A stretch of 64,000 nucleotides of DNA from a virus (IMGVR_UViG_3300032236_000548:40656-104655), one strand, 5' to 3'. Counted from the first letter of the stretch, positions 29,548 to 39,128 are shown. Translations and numbers: made by a program. Notes: generated by a model from the sequence alone, not told the origin.

Positions 29548-32337
29548 ATGTCCTTAAATATTTGGACTAAAGATTCAGGATTTAATTTTGGAAATTATCC
29601 CGAAGAGCTGTACATTGATATTGCGTTGCCTGTTGCAGGCGATGACGGCGTATCATACAAAGTAATTTCTGGGAAGCTTCCCGGTGGGCTGAGAATCTCT
29701 GGGAATCACATTGTAGGAAATCCTTACATTGTAGCAAATAATACAAGTTTTAATTTTTGTATTAGAGCTACAAAAGGTGTACTTATTAGTGACCGCAGTT
29801 TCTTTATTGTAATTACTGGAAATAATCAACCACACTTTGTTGATTTACCAGGCGATTTACCTATTGGGCCTGCAAAACAATTATATGTACTAGACAGCAC
29901 CCACGTTAGCTATCAGATCGAAGCGTTTGATTTAAACGTTGCGGCTGGACAGACTTTAACATATTTTATCGGAAGCGACGACGGTGCATTGCCTAAAGGT
30001 GTTACACTAAGTCCGTCAGGATTGATAAGTGGGTTTATTGAGCCAACTGTTAAAATTACACCCAAAGATGGTAACGGTACTTACGACAATAGTTACTTTG
30101 ATGCTGTAGTTTATGATTTTGCTACATTACCAACTGACGGGTTTGATAGCTATCAGTATGACGATGTATTTTATGACTTTAACTTAGCGTCAGCACCTCC
30201 CACAACCTTAAACGTAAACTACCAATTCCGTGTTACATTAACAGACGGTGTAAATTACGCTCAACGAATTTTTAAAATATTTGTAGTTGGAACAGATCAG
30301 TTTAGAGCTGACAGTACTACATTTGACAGCATGGTAAACGGGTTTACCAGCGATGTAACATATCTAAGAGCACCAGTTTGGATTACTAATTCAGATTTAG
30401 GAACTCATAGAGCAAACAATTATCTGACTGTTCCTATTGCCCTATATGATAACTTAGATGTTATTTTTAGATTAGAGCCAACAAATAAAGAAGTGTATGC
30501 TGTAAGTTATCAAGTAGAAAGTACAGATAATAATCCAGGTATTACATTTAACGGAACACTTACACAAAATAATGCTATAGTAACTAATGTAACAAATATT
30601 TCATATATTAAAGTTGGTCAAACTATTACTGGATTTAATATTGCAAGAGGTACTGTTGTTAGTAGTAAAACTAACTCAACCATTACCTTATCTATTCCTG
30701 CATTAGGTAATGCAACTTTAGCAACATTAACTGCTGGCGGTGACGAACTTACAGTTACTAATGTTAAGGGAACCATTGAAGTAGGACAGTTCTTAACATT
30801 TGACAACTATTTAGACGGTGCATCTGGAACTATCTATAAAGTTGCTGCCGTAACTCCTCTTGTAAATAGCGCATACAGAATTAAACTATACAGTTTATTA
30901 GAATTAAATATTCCAAACGGAGTGCCGTTTTATCTTGGAACTCTAAGCAAACTGCCTACTGGGGTTGAGTTTGATCCTGGAACTGGTGACATATACGGTC
31001 AGTTGCCGTATCAGCCGGCAATTACCACTAGCTATGAATTTACTATTACTGCTACACGTATCGGTGATAAGATTACCGAATCATTAAATGCTAGTAAGAC
31101 TTTTACTATTAGTGTATTAGGAGATATCGATAGTGTAATTTCGTGGAATACTCCTGCTAACCTAGGAACTATACCAGCAAACTATATTTGCAATCTTGCA
31201 GTTAGCGCATCGACAACTGTTCCAGATGCTGTAGTGCTTTACGAATTGATCGGTGGAAAATTGCCTCCAGGATTAACATTAAACCTTGATGGCGAAATTA
31301 TCGGTACAACAAATCAGTATTATAACACAATTACAAAAGTTTCTGGTCTAACTACTTTTGATAATGGTCACATGACCTTTGATCAAAATACTAGTACTAT
31401 CGACAGAGTGTTTGTTGCCACTATTAAAGCAAGAGATCAATTTAACTTTAGTGCTATAACTAGAGACTTTACAATTACAATAACTACACCAAATGCTGTT
31501 GCATATAGTAATATTGTAACTCGCCCATATTTAAAATTAGATCAAAGAGTGGTATGGAAATCATTTATCAATGATAGTTCTATCTTTACTCCTGGTAGTA
31601 TATATAGAACAAACGACCCAAGTTTTGGTTTGCAGTCAGATTTAAAAATGCTTGTATATGCAGGTGTTCAAACACAAGTGGCGGCCGCATACGTTGGCGC
31701 AATGGGACTAAACTTTAAACGTAAACGTTTTCAATTTGGTAGTGTCGAGAAAGCTATTGCTATCGATCCTAATACTGGAAATAGTGTTTATGAAGTTGTA
31801 TATGTTCAAATGGTAGATCCTAAAGAACCACACGGAAAACATTTGCCGCTTAAGATAACAACTCGATTTGGAACAGAATCTGATAAGATTACTGCTGATA
31901 ATAGTACTAACTACTTTAGACAAGACTTGGAAGATTTAAATGCAAACGCACCAACTAGCGGTCCAGACATTCCAGTATTGACTGTTGATAGTACTGGGTA
32001 TGAAGTAAGCAATCCTAACCCAGATACATACTTTCCAAACAGTATTACTAACTGGCAAACAAGATTAAGCGGCGTAGGGTTATCAGAACGTAACTATTTG
32101 CCGCTCTGGATGCGAAGTGTTCCAGCAGGGCAAAAGCAACAATTAGGTTATACCCTGAGCGTACCGCTTTGTTTCTGTAAGCCCGGAACAGCAGATAAGA
32201 TAATTTTAAACATCAAATACAGTGGTTTTGACTTCAAAGTACTAGACTACGAAATAGACAGATTCATAATAGATAATGTCACCGGTCAACAAGGCGATAA
32301 ATATCTAGTATTCAGAAACGATAGGATAACCGTATGA
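29548..32337 (+). CDS. putative Ig-domain (He_PIG-like) virion protein
   Basis: Repeated G.LP.GL.L...G.I.G motifs followed by F.I.A. Confidence 0.7.
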   Translation: MSLNIWTKDSGFNFGNYPEELYIDIALPVAGDDGVSYKVISGKLPGGLRISGNHIVGNPYIVANNTSFNFCIRATKGVLISDRSFFIVITGNNQPHFVDLPGDLPIGPAKQLYVLDSTHVSYQIEAFDLNVAAGQTLTYFIGSDDGALPKGVTLSPSGLISGFIEPTVKITPKDGNGTYDNSYFDAVVYDFATLPTDGFDSYQYDDVFYDFNLASAPPTTLNVNYQFRVTLTDGVNYAQRIFKIFVVGTDQFRADSTTFDSMVNGFTSDVTYLRAPVWITNSDLGTHRANNYLTVPIALYDNLDVIFRLEPTNKEVYAVSYQVESTDNNPGITFNGTLTQNNAIVTNVTNISYIKVGQTITGFNIARGTVVSSKTNSTITLSIPALGNATLATLTAGGDELTVTNVKGTIEVGQFLTFDNYLDGASGTIYKVAAVTPLVNSAYRIKLYSLLELNIPNGVPFYLGTLSKLPTGVEFDPGTGDIYGQLPYQPAITTSYEFTITATRIGDKITESLNASKTFTISVLGDIDSVISWNTPANLGTIPANYICNLAVSASTTVPDAVVLYELIGGKLPPGLTLNLDGEIIGTTNQYYNTITKVSGLTTFDNGHMTFDQNTSTIDRVFVATIKARDQFNFSAITRDFTITITTPNAVAYSNIVTRPYLKLDQRVVWKSFINDSSIFTPGSIYRTNDPSFGLQSDLKMLVYAGVQTQVAAAYVGAMGLNFKRKRFQFGSVEKAIAIDPNTGNSVYEVVYVQMVDPKEPHGKHLPLKITTRFGTESDKITADNSTNYFRQDLEDLNANAPTSGPDIPVLTVDSTGYEVSNPNPDTYFPNSITNWQTRLSGVGLSERNYLPLWMRSVPAGQKQQLGYTLSVPLCFCKPGTADKIILNIKYSGFDFKVLDYEIDRFIIDNVTGQQGDKYLVFRNDRITV

Positions 32338-32933
32338 CAAGTAATATAAACTATGCCGCAATTAGCACCACTTACCCTGTAGCAGGACAGGATAACGATA
32401 GCCAAGGATTCCGTGATAATTTCACAGCAATTTCAGCTGGGCTTGCTACTGCGAAAAATGAAATTAGTGCATTACAAACTAACAGTTTATTAGCTGTTGA
32501 TTTAGCTACTAGTACAAATCCAGTAGTAAACAATATGTTAGGCAGTACACTTAGAAACGGTTTATATGTTCAATTCAACGGTGTATTTTTTAACGGGGGT
32601 ACAGTTTCCACTAGTGCCGATGTTAACCTAAACAACGGTCCTATACAACAATTTACCGCTAGCGGCAACATCACTTTAACATTTAAAAACTGGCCAACTA
32701 GTGGCCAATATGCTGTTGTCCGTGTTATGCTAATCGGTGATCAGCAAAGTACAAGAACTGTAACACTAGCAACATCTAATGCAGGGTTAATTAAACCAGC
32801 AACAGGTTGGGCAAACGGAAGTAGTCTACCAGCTACTGTAACTTTAGGTACTAATGGCAAGTATGAAGTTATTGAAGCATGGACTGTAGACGCAGGCGCT
32901 CACGTATTCCTTAAAGCAATAGGCGAATACTAA
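32334..32933 (+). CDS. virion structural protein
   Basis: YPVAGQDNDSQGFRDNF motif; TAAATA (32298-32303) lies inside the end of the upstream gene. Confidence 0.6.
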   Translation: MTSNINYAAISTTYPVAGQDNDSQGFRDNFTAISAGLATAKNEISALQTNSLLAVDLATSTNPVVNNMLGSTLRNGLYVQFNGVFFNGGTVSTSADVNLNNGPIQQFTASGNITLTFKNWPTSGQYAVVRVMLIGDQQSTRTVTLATSNAGLIKPATGWANGSSLPATVTLGTNGKYEVIEAWTVDAGAHVFLKAIGEY

Positions 32934-33163
32934 TGCATCCTTTAGCCGGTGATTTGAGTCCGCTCAAAGATTCTGAACTTGAAGAAAAAATCCAGAGTCT
33001 GACTAAAAAGTATTTTATGACTGGCAACTTTGATGTGAAAAATCAAATAGCCGGATTATTAGAAGATTACAACGCAGAATTGAGCAGACGCAGAGCGGCG
33101 GCCTTAAAGAAATTAATGGATAGTCGCGATAAAAGCCTTGACAAACTAATTAAAGTCAACTAA
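32933..33163 (+). CDS. hypothetical coiled-coil protein
   Basis: TAATG coupling to the upstream gene; helical, charged. Confidence 0.65.
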   Translation: MHPLAGDLSPLKDSELEEKIQSLTKKYFMTGNFDVKNQIAGLLEDYNAELSRRRAAALKKLMDSRDKSLDKLIKVN

Positions 33164-33166
33164 AAT
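33138..33166 (+). promoter_or_regulatory. sigma70-type promoter (leaderless mini-dnaE transcript)
   Basis: TTGACA, 17 bp, TAAAAT; ATG 6 nt downstream; -10 flanked by the inverted repeat GTCAAC/GTTGAC. Confidence 0.65.
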
Positions 33167-33172
33167 GTTGAC

Positions 33173-33682
33173 ATGCGACTAGACAAATTCGGTAATCCTA
33201 TTTTTAATTCAATTGATATATTCAAAGCCTTATATACAGGCAAGCTAACCAGCATCAAAGATATCACTGTAGACTATAACGAAGATATTGAAAAGTTAGA
33301 AGAAACTGCTGGTTTTACTTTTCAACGATTCAATGATCAATTAGACTCTATATCTGTCGAAGATTTTGATCAAGCACTTCAGTGCGATTGGTTTATGCCT
33401 CCAGAATACAGAGACTTTGATGTAGAAGAATACTGTATTAGTAGGTGTACTACTGACGAACAAAAACAACGTGTTTTTGACGAAATGGAAGAATACCAAG
33501 CTCGGGGAATGATACCTTTACTTCAATGGACTAAACACTTTGTAGATACTTGCACTGAAAACGGTATTGTCTGGGGTGTAGGACGTGGCTCTAGCGTAGC
33601 AAGTTTTGTACTGTTTTTACTAGGCGTACATCAAATAGATTCAGTCAAATATAATTTAGACTGGCAGGAATTCCTGAGATAA
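33173..33682 (+). CDS. DNA polymerase III alpha (DnaE) fragment, stand-alone
   Basis: GIVWGVGRGSSVASFVLFLLGVHQIDSVKYNLDWQEFLR matches the DnaE G.GRGS.AGS.V.Y.LGIT..DP....L.FERFL segment. Confidence 0.8.
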   Translation: MRLDKFGNPIFNSIDIFKALYTGKLTSIKDITVDYNEDIEKLEETAGFTFQRFNDQLDSISVEDFDQALQCDWFMPPEYRDFDVEEYCISRCTTDEQKQRVFDEMEEYQARGMIPLLQWTKHFVDTCTENGIVWGVGRGSSVASFVLFLLGVHQIDSVKYNLDWQEFLR

Positions 33683-33709
33683 GTAATAGTATAATCCAAG
33701 GAGAGTTAT

Positions 33710-34015
33710 ATGGCTCAAAAAGAACAACAAAGACAAGTTTATCGCAGTGCTCGCGGTAAGGAAGTTGATTTAAATAAATTAATTTCTAAAAATGAGCTTA
33801 CTATTGCTGTAGGCAATATGGGTGTAAATGCTCGCGGAGATAAAATTGGCCCAGGTGGCAAAATTATTCCTAAAGCACAACTTCAAGGTAGCAATCAGGA
33901 CATTCCTAATCAAATTAATGTTCCAGAAGTAGTAGAACCTGTAGCATCTGCTCCAGCTACTCCAGCCCAAAAAGCTAAGAACATTGCAAGCATGGATCCG
34001 GAAGGCAACGAATGA
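33710..34015 (+). CDS. hypothetical protein
   Basis: AAGGAG RBS; motif AVGNMGVNARGD.IG.GG. Confidence 0.7.
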   Translation: MAQKEQQRQVYRSARGKEVDLNKLISKNELTIAVGNMGVNARGDKIGPGGKIIPKAQLQGSNQDIPNQINVPEVVEPVASAPATPAQKAKNIASMDPEGNE

Positions 34016-34407
34016 ACGTAGTACAAGGCAAGATTATTCCAATTCGTGACAATGTATTAGTCACAGATATGAACTTCGATGCACGTACGACAGCAGGAGG
34101 AATTATTCTGCAAAGCGATGACGGCAAAAGCGAAGGTATTCGTCACCGTTGGGGACGAGTATGGGCTATCGGGCCAGCACAGCAAGATGTCAAAGTAGGT
34201 GAATGGATTCTTGTTGAACACGGTCGTTGGACTCGAGGAGTTACTGTAGTAGATGAAAATGGAGACGAAATTGTCATTCGTCGAATTGACCTTAATGCAA
34301 TCTTAATGGTAACCGACGAAGAACCAGGCGATAATACTTACGGCTATCATAGCCAAGTACAACATGCAACATTCGATCCAGGTTCATTTATGCGTCCATC
34401 GTTTTAA
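34012..34407 (+). CDS. groES: GroES-like co-chaperonin (T4 gp31 analogue)
   Basis: PIRDNVLV, TTAGGIIL mobile loop, G.V.AIGP, VKVGE.ILV, D..IL.V. Confidence 0.82.
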   Translation: MNVVQGKIIPIRDNVLVTDMNFDARTTAGGIILQSDDGKSEGIRHRWGRVWAIGPAQQDVKVGEWILVEHGRWTRGVTVVDENGDEIVIRRIDLNAILMVTDEEPGDNTYGYHSQVQHATFDPGSFMRPSF

Positions 34408-34424
34408 ATTTTAATGATTCGAGT

Positions 34425-34451
34425 AACAGGGCTATTGACTAGCCCTGTTTT
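34425..34451 (+). terminator. intrinsic terminator-like hairpin overlapping a -35 box
   Basis: AACAGGGCTA-ttgac-TAGCCCTGTT followed by TT. Confidence 0.6.
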
Positions 34452-34463
34452 CACCTGTACAAT
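34435..34463 (+). promoter_or_regulatory. sigma70-type promoter
   Basis: TTGACT, 17 bp, TACAAT. Confidence 0.7.
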
Positions 34464-34481
34464 AGAGAAAAGGAGAATCAT

Positions 34482-34625
34482 ATGGGCTTTGTCTTAGAAA
34501 TAGTAGTGCTATTAGCTTCGTTGTACTATGCTAAAGAAGAATACGACAATCAACGAATCGGATATGCCATGCTGTGGGCAAGTCTTGTTGGTTGGAACTT
34601 ACACACAATATTAGGAACGCTATGA
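34482..34625 (+). CDS. 47-aa small membrane protein (below the ORF-track cutoff)
   Basis: AAGGAG RBS; MGFVLEIVVLLASLYYAKEEYDNQRIGYAMLWASLVGWNLHTILGTL; ATGA overlap with the clamp-loader gene. Confidence 0.6.
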   Translation: MGFVLEIVVLLASLYYAKEEYDNQRIGYAMLWASLVGWNLHTILGTL

Positions 34626-35536
34626 AAGAATTATGGGTAGAGAAATACAGACCGGCAGAGTTAGACGGTTATGTGTTTAAAGATGAACAACAAAAGAGTC
34701 AAATTGAAAATTGGATCAAAGACGGAATTATTCCTCACTTGTTGTTCAGCGGCAATGCTGGTGTAGGTAAAACTACCCTAGCAAAAATTCTAATTAATAA
34801 ACTGGATGTACAAGAAACCGATGTACTGTATGCAAACGGTTCTAAAGAAGCACGTAAAGTCGAATGGGTAGACAAACTTATCGGTTTTTGCCAAACAATG
34901 CCGTTTGGAGATTTTAAAATTGTCTTAATCGACGAGGCAGACTACATGAACGTAAACTCAGTTCAACCTGCACTACGTAATTTAATGGAAGAATATAGTA
35001 ACAGCGTAAGATTTATTCTAACTTGTAACTATCCTAACAAACTTATTCCAGCTATCCATAGTCGTTGCCAACGTTTACACATTGAAAAAACAGACTTTAC
35101 TGAATTTACTGCTCGTGCGGCCACTGTACTAGTAAGCGAAAATGTAGAATTTGATTTAGATACACTAGACACTTATGTTAAAGGTACATATCCAGACTTG
35201 CGTAAATGTTTGAACAACTTGCAAATGAACAGTATCGATGGCAAGTTGATTAGTCCTGAAACTACCGACTCTAGTACTGACTACAGAGTTGACATGGTGG
35301 ATTTATTCAAGAAGGGTGAGATTAGCAAAGCACGTAAACTAGTTTGTAGCCAAGCACTTCCTGAAGAGATGGAAGAAATTTATCGCTGGTTGTATGAAAA
35401 CGTGAATATTTTCGGCGACGAAGAGAAACAGGATAAGGCAATTCTTATCATTAAACAAGGTCTTGTAGACCATACACTAGTTAGCGACCCGGAGATTAAC
35501 CTGGCCGCTACCCTAATTAGATTAGGACATCTTTAA
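34622..35536 (+). CDS. clamp loader AAA+ subunit (T4 gp44 / RFC small subunit-like)
   Basis: LWVEKYRP, Walker A GNAGVGKTT, Walker B LIDEAD, SRC motif; true start MKELW at 34622. Confidence 0.9.
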   Translation: MKELWVEKYRPAELDGYVFKDEQQKSQIENWIKDGIIPHLLFSGNAGVGKTTLAKILINKLDVQETDVLYANGSKEARKVEWVDKLIGFCQTMPFGDFKIVLIDEADYMNVNSVQPALRNLMEEYSNSVRFILTCNYPNKLIPAIHSRCQRLHIEKTDFTEFTARAATVLVSENVEFDLDTLDTYVKGTYPDLRKCLNNLQMNSIDGKLISPETTDSSTDYRVDMVDLFKKGEISKARKLVCSQALPEEMEEIYRWLYENVNIFGDEEKQDKAILIIKQGLVDHTLVSDPEINLAATLIRLGHL

Positions 35537-35559
35537 AAAGGGCCGCAAGGCCCTTTTTT
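35535..35559. terminator. bidirectional intrinsic terminator
   Basis: AAAAA-GGGCC-GCAA-GGCCC-TTTTTT between convergent genes. Confidence 0.88.
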
Positions 35560-36277
35560 ATTCTCCATATACAGACAACACCTCCTTCACTGCATTATGG
35601 CGTTCGATGTCTTTGGCTTCAAATTGAATGATATCAATATGTTCCAGATATTCTTTTTGTGCGAGTAGGTTACAGAAATCAATCAGACCATTATCGCTCA
35701 ATCGGTCTGCTTGTGCTAAATCACCTGTGACTACCATCTTAGAGCCCTCTCCTAAACGGGTTAGTAGCATCTTCATTTGATTTACTGTTGCGTTTTGCAT
35801 TTCATCTGCAACGATATATGCGTTTTTAAATGTGCGGCCACGCATATAGGCCAATGGGCTTATCTCGATAACACCTTCCTCTAGCATTTTAGCTATTTCT
35901 TTTTGTTGATAATATTCGCCCAAGACATCAAAAATAGGTCTTGTCCAAGGTGCCATCTTTTCATTTAAGTCACCTGGTAAAAATCCTAAATCTTCGTCTA
36001 CGGACACGGCGGGTCTTGTCACAACGATCTTGTCAACTTTCCCTTCCTGAAACATTTTAATTCCGTGTTGTACTGCTAGCATAGTCTTACCCGTGCCTGC
36101 TGGACCAATAGCAAGTACTATGCTAGTGGCTTCCTCATACAATTTCTGGAGATAAAGTTTCTGATTAGCATTACGTGCCTGAATACTGACACGTTGCTTT
36201 TTTGCCGGAAGATACGGCTGAAAGTCAATTATGTTAACTTCTGATGTAAAACGCTTTTTCACTCGTTGTTTACTCAT
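35558..36277 (-). CDS. phoH: PhoH-like ATPase
   Basis: GPAGTGKT, TRPAV, LGFLPGDL.EKM.P, PLAYMRGRTF, DEMQN, TRLGEGSK.VVTGD..Q.D. Confidence 0.93.
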   Translation of the reverse strand: MSKQRVKKRFTSEVNIIDFQPYLPAKKQRVSIQARNANQKLYLQKLYEEATSIVLAIGPAGTGKTMLAVQHGIKMFQEGKVDKIVVTRPAVSVDEDLGFLPGDLNEKMAPWTRPIFDVLGEYYQQKEIAKMLEEGVIEISPLAYMRGRTFKNAYIVADEMQNATVNQMKMLLTRLGEGSKMVVTGDLAQADRLSDNGLIDFCNLLAQKEYLEHIDIIQFEAKDIERHNAVKEVLSVYGE

Positions 36278-36307
36278 CTAGTTGTGCTCCTACTCTACAT
36301 GGTTAAA

Positions 36308-36351
36308 GCAGGACTTGTAGTGACCGCCTTTGATAACTACAGAGGTCCTAC
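36308..36351 (-). ncRNA. candidate structured 5' leader of phoH
   Basis: Minus-strand GUAGGAC-CUC-UGUAGU-(14 nt)-ACUACA-A-GUCCUGC stem-loop immediately after TAAATA (36357-36362, minus). Confidence 0.4.
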
Positions 36352-36441
36352 ACTATTATTTACTGATTTCCTAGAATAATAAAGTGATACGTTATGATTT
36401 TAAACCAGCTAAATAAGTATAGAGGATTCTAGGACATTAAC

Positions 36442-36999
36442 ATGCACCACGACATTTTAGACGTTATTAAAAACATTGAAGATCTATACGAAAACAACAG
36501 TAGTCTAGCTGTTTTAAAGGACTTTGAACGTGTGTTAGACGAAATGGATATGTACGTCTACGAGAACTGGGAAGATGGCGAATTAGCTTATGGCCCAAAA
36601 GTTGACCGTCACTGGATTACTGCTGGATTTATGTGGGACAAAGATAAGATGCCTAACCCAATTGCCGCCAAGCGTTTGACAGAGTTAGGCTGTAAAGTTA
36701 CGTATCAAAAGAGTCATTTACTAGAACCACGCAAGATTCGCACACACGAAGATATTCGTCCTAATAGTAAAAAAGGAAAGTTAGATCGCAAGCCTATATG
36801 GATTGTAGAAATCACTATGCCTAAGAAAGTAGCCTTTGATATGTATAAAGGCTACATGGACAAAATGAAAAACGAAAATAAAGACACTGGTGCACCTACA
36901 GGAGGCGACGGAGCTCCAGCACCAGGAGGAGCAGCCGCACCAGCCGCACCGGCAGCACCAGCAGGCGGTGGAGCAAATCCAGCTGCCGCACCAGCATAA
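36442..36999 (+). CDS. hypothetical protein with Ala/Pro/Gly-rich tail
   Basis: TAAATA at 36410-36415, AGGA RBS, long ORF. Confidence 0.75.
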   Translation: MHHDILDVIKNIEDLYENNSSLAVLKDFERVLDEMDMYVYENWEDGELAYGPKVDRHWITAGFMWDKDKMPNPIAAKRLTELGCKVTYQKSHLLEPRKIRTHEDIRPNSKKGKLDRKPIWIVEITMPKKVAFDMYKGYMDKMKNENKDTGAPTGGDGAPAPGGAAAPAAPAAPAGGGANPAAAPA

Positions 37000-37009
37000 G
37001 GAATATAGC

Positions 37010-37732
37010 ATGAGTTTACGTGCGGATGATTTAAGAGACCTAGTCAAAAAAGTTTTTGAGATAGATAGCTATCAAAGCAAACTAGGCAATGACGCAGATG
37101 TTTGTGTACTAAGTTTCACTGTTGACGAACAAGATCCTGCTAAGGATTTAGAAAACTTTATTGAAATGGGTTATGCATTTGTGCTTGATGCAGATGTGAC
37201 TCCCGGAGAATTAGACGACGGGAAGTATAGAGTCTATGTTGAATTAGAACGCACACGTCACTTACCTGAACAAATTTCTGAAATCATTGAAGGTGTTAAA
37301 AAAGTATCAGGCTTAGAAGATATGCGTTTCAGATATTTTAAAAGTTTCAAAAGCATTCCAGCTACTGAAGAAAATTTAAGATTATCTGTTCCAAAGAATA
37401 AAAACGAATACGAAGAAATTACTCAAAGAAATAAGCTAGACAATTTTAGCAACTTCTTTAGCAATAGTTATGCAGACAGTTTAGATGTAATGGAAGAAAG
37501 CATTACATTTAAAAGACCATACAGTGGTCCTGTCTCATTTAATATCTTAGATAGCGGTAGTAAACGTGATATCTATGATAGCATTAAGGGTCCTATCTTT
37601 TTAGAAAGCAAGGACATGGCCGAAGTAATGTTCCTAACTAAAATTATTGGTAACTATAACATTACTAAAATTGGCAATAAATTTATATTTGAAAACAGCG
37701 GCTGGGCCGTTGCACTTGAAAGGAAAGCATAA
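37010..37732 (+). CDS. hypothetical protein
   Basis: Start MSLRADDL at 37010 after an AAGGA RBS; coupled to the endolysin gene. Confidence 0.72.
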   Translation: MSLRADDLRDLVKKVFEIDSYQSKLGNDADVCVLSFTVDEQDPAKDLENFIEMGYAFVLDADVTPGELDDGKYRVYVELERTRHLPEQISEIIEGVKKVSGLEDMRFRYFKSFKSIPATEENLRLSVPKNKNEYEEITQRNKLDNFSNFFSNSYADSLDVMEESITFKRPYSGPVSFNILDSGSKRDIYDSIKGPIFLESKDMAEVMFLTKIIGNYNITKIGNKFIFENSGWAVALERKA

Positions 37733-38364
37733 TGGCATCGGAATTTACATTTAATTTTACAGCAGACAAGTTAGCGGCTTGTTTACCAGGTAATCAATAC
37801 ATTGAACACTGGCACGAAGCATTATCAAAAATTCTTCCTGATTATGATATCAATACTCCGCAACGTGTTGGTGCATTTCTAGCACAAACAGCACACGAGT
37901 CTGGCGGATACAAAGCTCTTAAAGAGAACTTGAACTATCGTGCAGAAACATTGATGAAAGTTTGGCCACGATATTTCCCTAGCATGGATGTTGCTAATCA
38001 ATACGCACACAATCAAGAAGCTATTGCAAACCGTGCATACGCTAATCGTATGGGCAACGGTGACGAGGCAAGCGGTGACGGTTTCCGTTATTGCGGTCGT
38101 GGACTTATTCAGTTGACTGGTAAGTCTAATTATCAACGTTTTGCAGAAAGTATTGAAACACCAGTAGAAGAAATTCCAGATTTCTTAGCTACATTTGAAG
38201 GTGCAATCCAATCAGCTTGCTGGTTCTGGGAAACAAATAACCTAAATGATTTTGCAGATACCGGAGACATTTTAACAATGACTAAGCGTATCAACGGTGG
38301 CACTTTAGGATTAGCAGAACGTCAACAGCACTATCAACACTTCATGCAAATTCTTCAGAGTTAA
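37732..38364 (+). CDS. endolysin, glycoside hydrolase family 19 (chitinase-like)
   Basis: FLAQTAHESGG, ENLNY, YANRMGNG, RGLIQLTG..NY, TKRINGG. Confidence 0.88.
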   Translation: MASEFTFNFTADKLAACLPGNQYIEHWHEALSKILPDYDINTPQRVGAFLAQTAHESGGYKALKENLNYRAETLMKVWPRYFPSMDVANQYAHNQEAIANRAYANRMGNGDEASGDGFRYCGRGLIQLTGKSNYQRFAESIETPVEEIPDFLATFEGAIQSACWFWETNNLNDFADTGDILTMTKRINGGTLGLAERQQHYQHFMQILQS

Positions 38365-38366
38365 TC

Positions 38367-38837
38367 ATGGGACAGATAGAGTGGATGCTTAGTATAATAC
38401 CTGATGCGGTATTAAACTGGTTTTACTGGGGTGTTATTGCTTTAGGGTTTTCTGGACTTGTAGCCGGATGGTTAGGCAAGTGGATTCCAGTGTACGGAAA
38501 GTATGCTCAGTTTCTAAAACCTATTGGTATTGCATTACTTGTAGTAGGTGTGTGGTTGCGCGGCGGCTACGATACAGAAATGGCATGGAGAGCTAAGGTC
38601 AAAGAGGCGCAAGCCAAAGTAGCCAAGGCAGAAGAAGCCAGCAAAGATGCTAATGCAAAACTAACAGAAGAACGCGGTAAAAAAGCTAAAGTTAGAACAG
38701 AATACATTACTACTGTTAAAGAGCGTATTGTAAAAGATACACAAATTATCGATGCAGAATGTAAGGTTGCTCCTGAAGCAATTAAAGATCTTAACGATGC
38801 CGCAATTAATCCTACTAAAAAGGAGGTTGCAAAATGA
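38367..38837 (+). CDS. probable i-spanin (Rz-like)
   Basis: N-terminal TM segments, then a coiled coil with a late Cys; lies between the endolysin and a lipoprotein. Confidence 0.7.
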   Translation: MGQIEWMLSIIPDAVLNWFYWGVIALGFSGLVAGWLGKWIPVYGKYAQFLKPIGIALLVVGVWLRGGYDTEMAWRAKVKEAQAKVAKAEEASKDANAKLTEERGKKAKVRTEYITTVKERIVKDTQIIDAECKVAPEAIKDLNDAAINPTKKEVAK

Positions 38838-39097
38838 ACCGACTTATATTAATAGGCGTGTTGTTACTGTCAGGGTGTGCATCATCTGTTCCAGTAGCAA
38901 TGAAATTCCCTGAAGTTCCAGCAGACATGCTAGTAGCTTGCCCTGATTTAAAATTAGCGCCGGATACTACTAAATTAAGCGAAGTACTTCCAGTTGTAGC
39001 GGACAACTATGGGCAATATTATAGCTGTAAAGACAACACAGACAGCTGGATAGAATGGTATAATACCCAAAAGAAGATATTTGACAGCGTGAAATAA
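38834..39097 (+). CDS. probable o-spanin lipoprotein (Rz1-like)
   Basis: Lipobox LLSG|C, Pro-rich linker, two further Cys. Confidence 0.75.
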   Translation: MNRLILIGVLLLSGCASSVPVAMKFPEVPADMLVACPDLKLAPDTTKLSEVLPVVADNYGQYYSCKDNTDSWIEWYNTQKKIFDSVK

Positions 39098-39128
39098 ATA
39101 CGTATATAACAGCCAAAAGGAGCGAACT

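Noticed and set aside
4329-31923. Numerous 60-120 aa minus-strand and alternate-frame ORFs within the tail genes (and similar ones throughout the window)
   Set aside because: Shadow ORFs caused by biased Thr/Gly/Ser codon usage; no RBS, promoter or recognisable motifs, and almost all are nested in convincing genes.
33173-34015. Frameshifted or intein-split dnaE continuing into the next ORF
   Set aside because: The next ORF has its own RBS and no PDIDxD or intein (C/S...HN) motifs.
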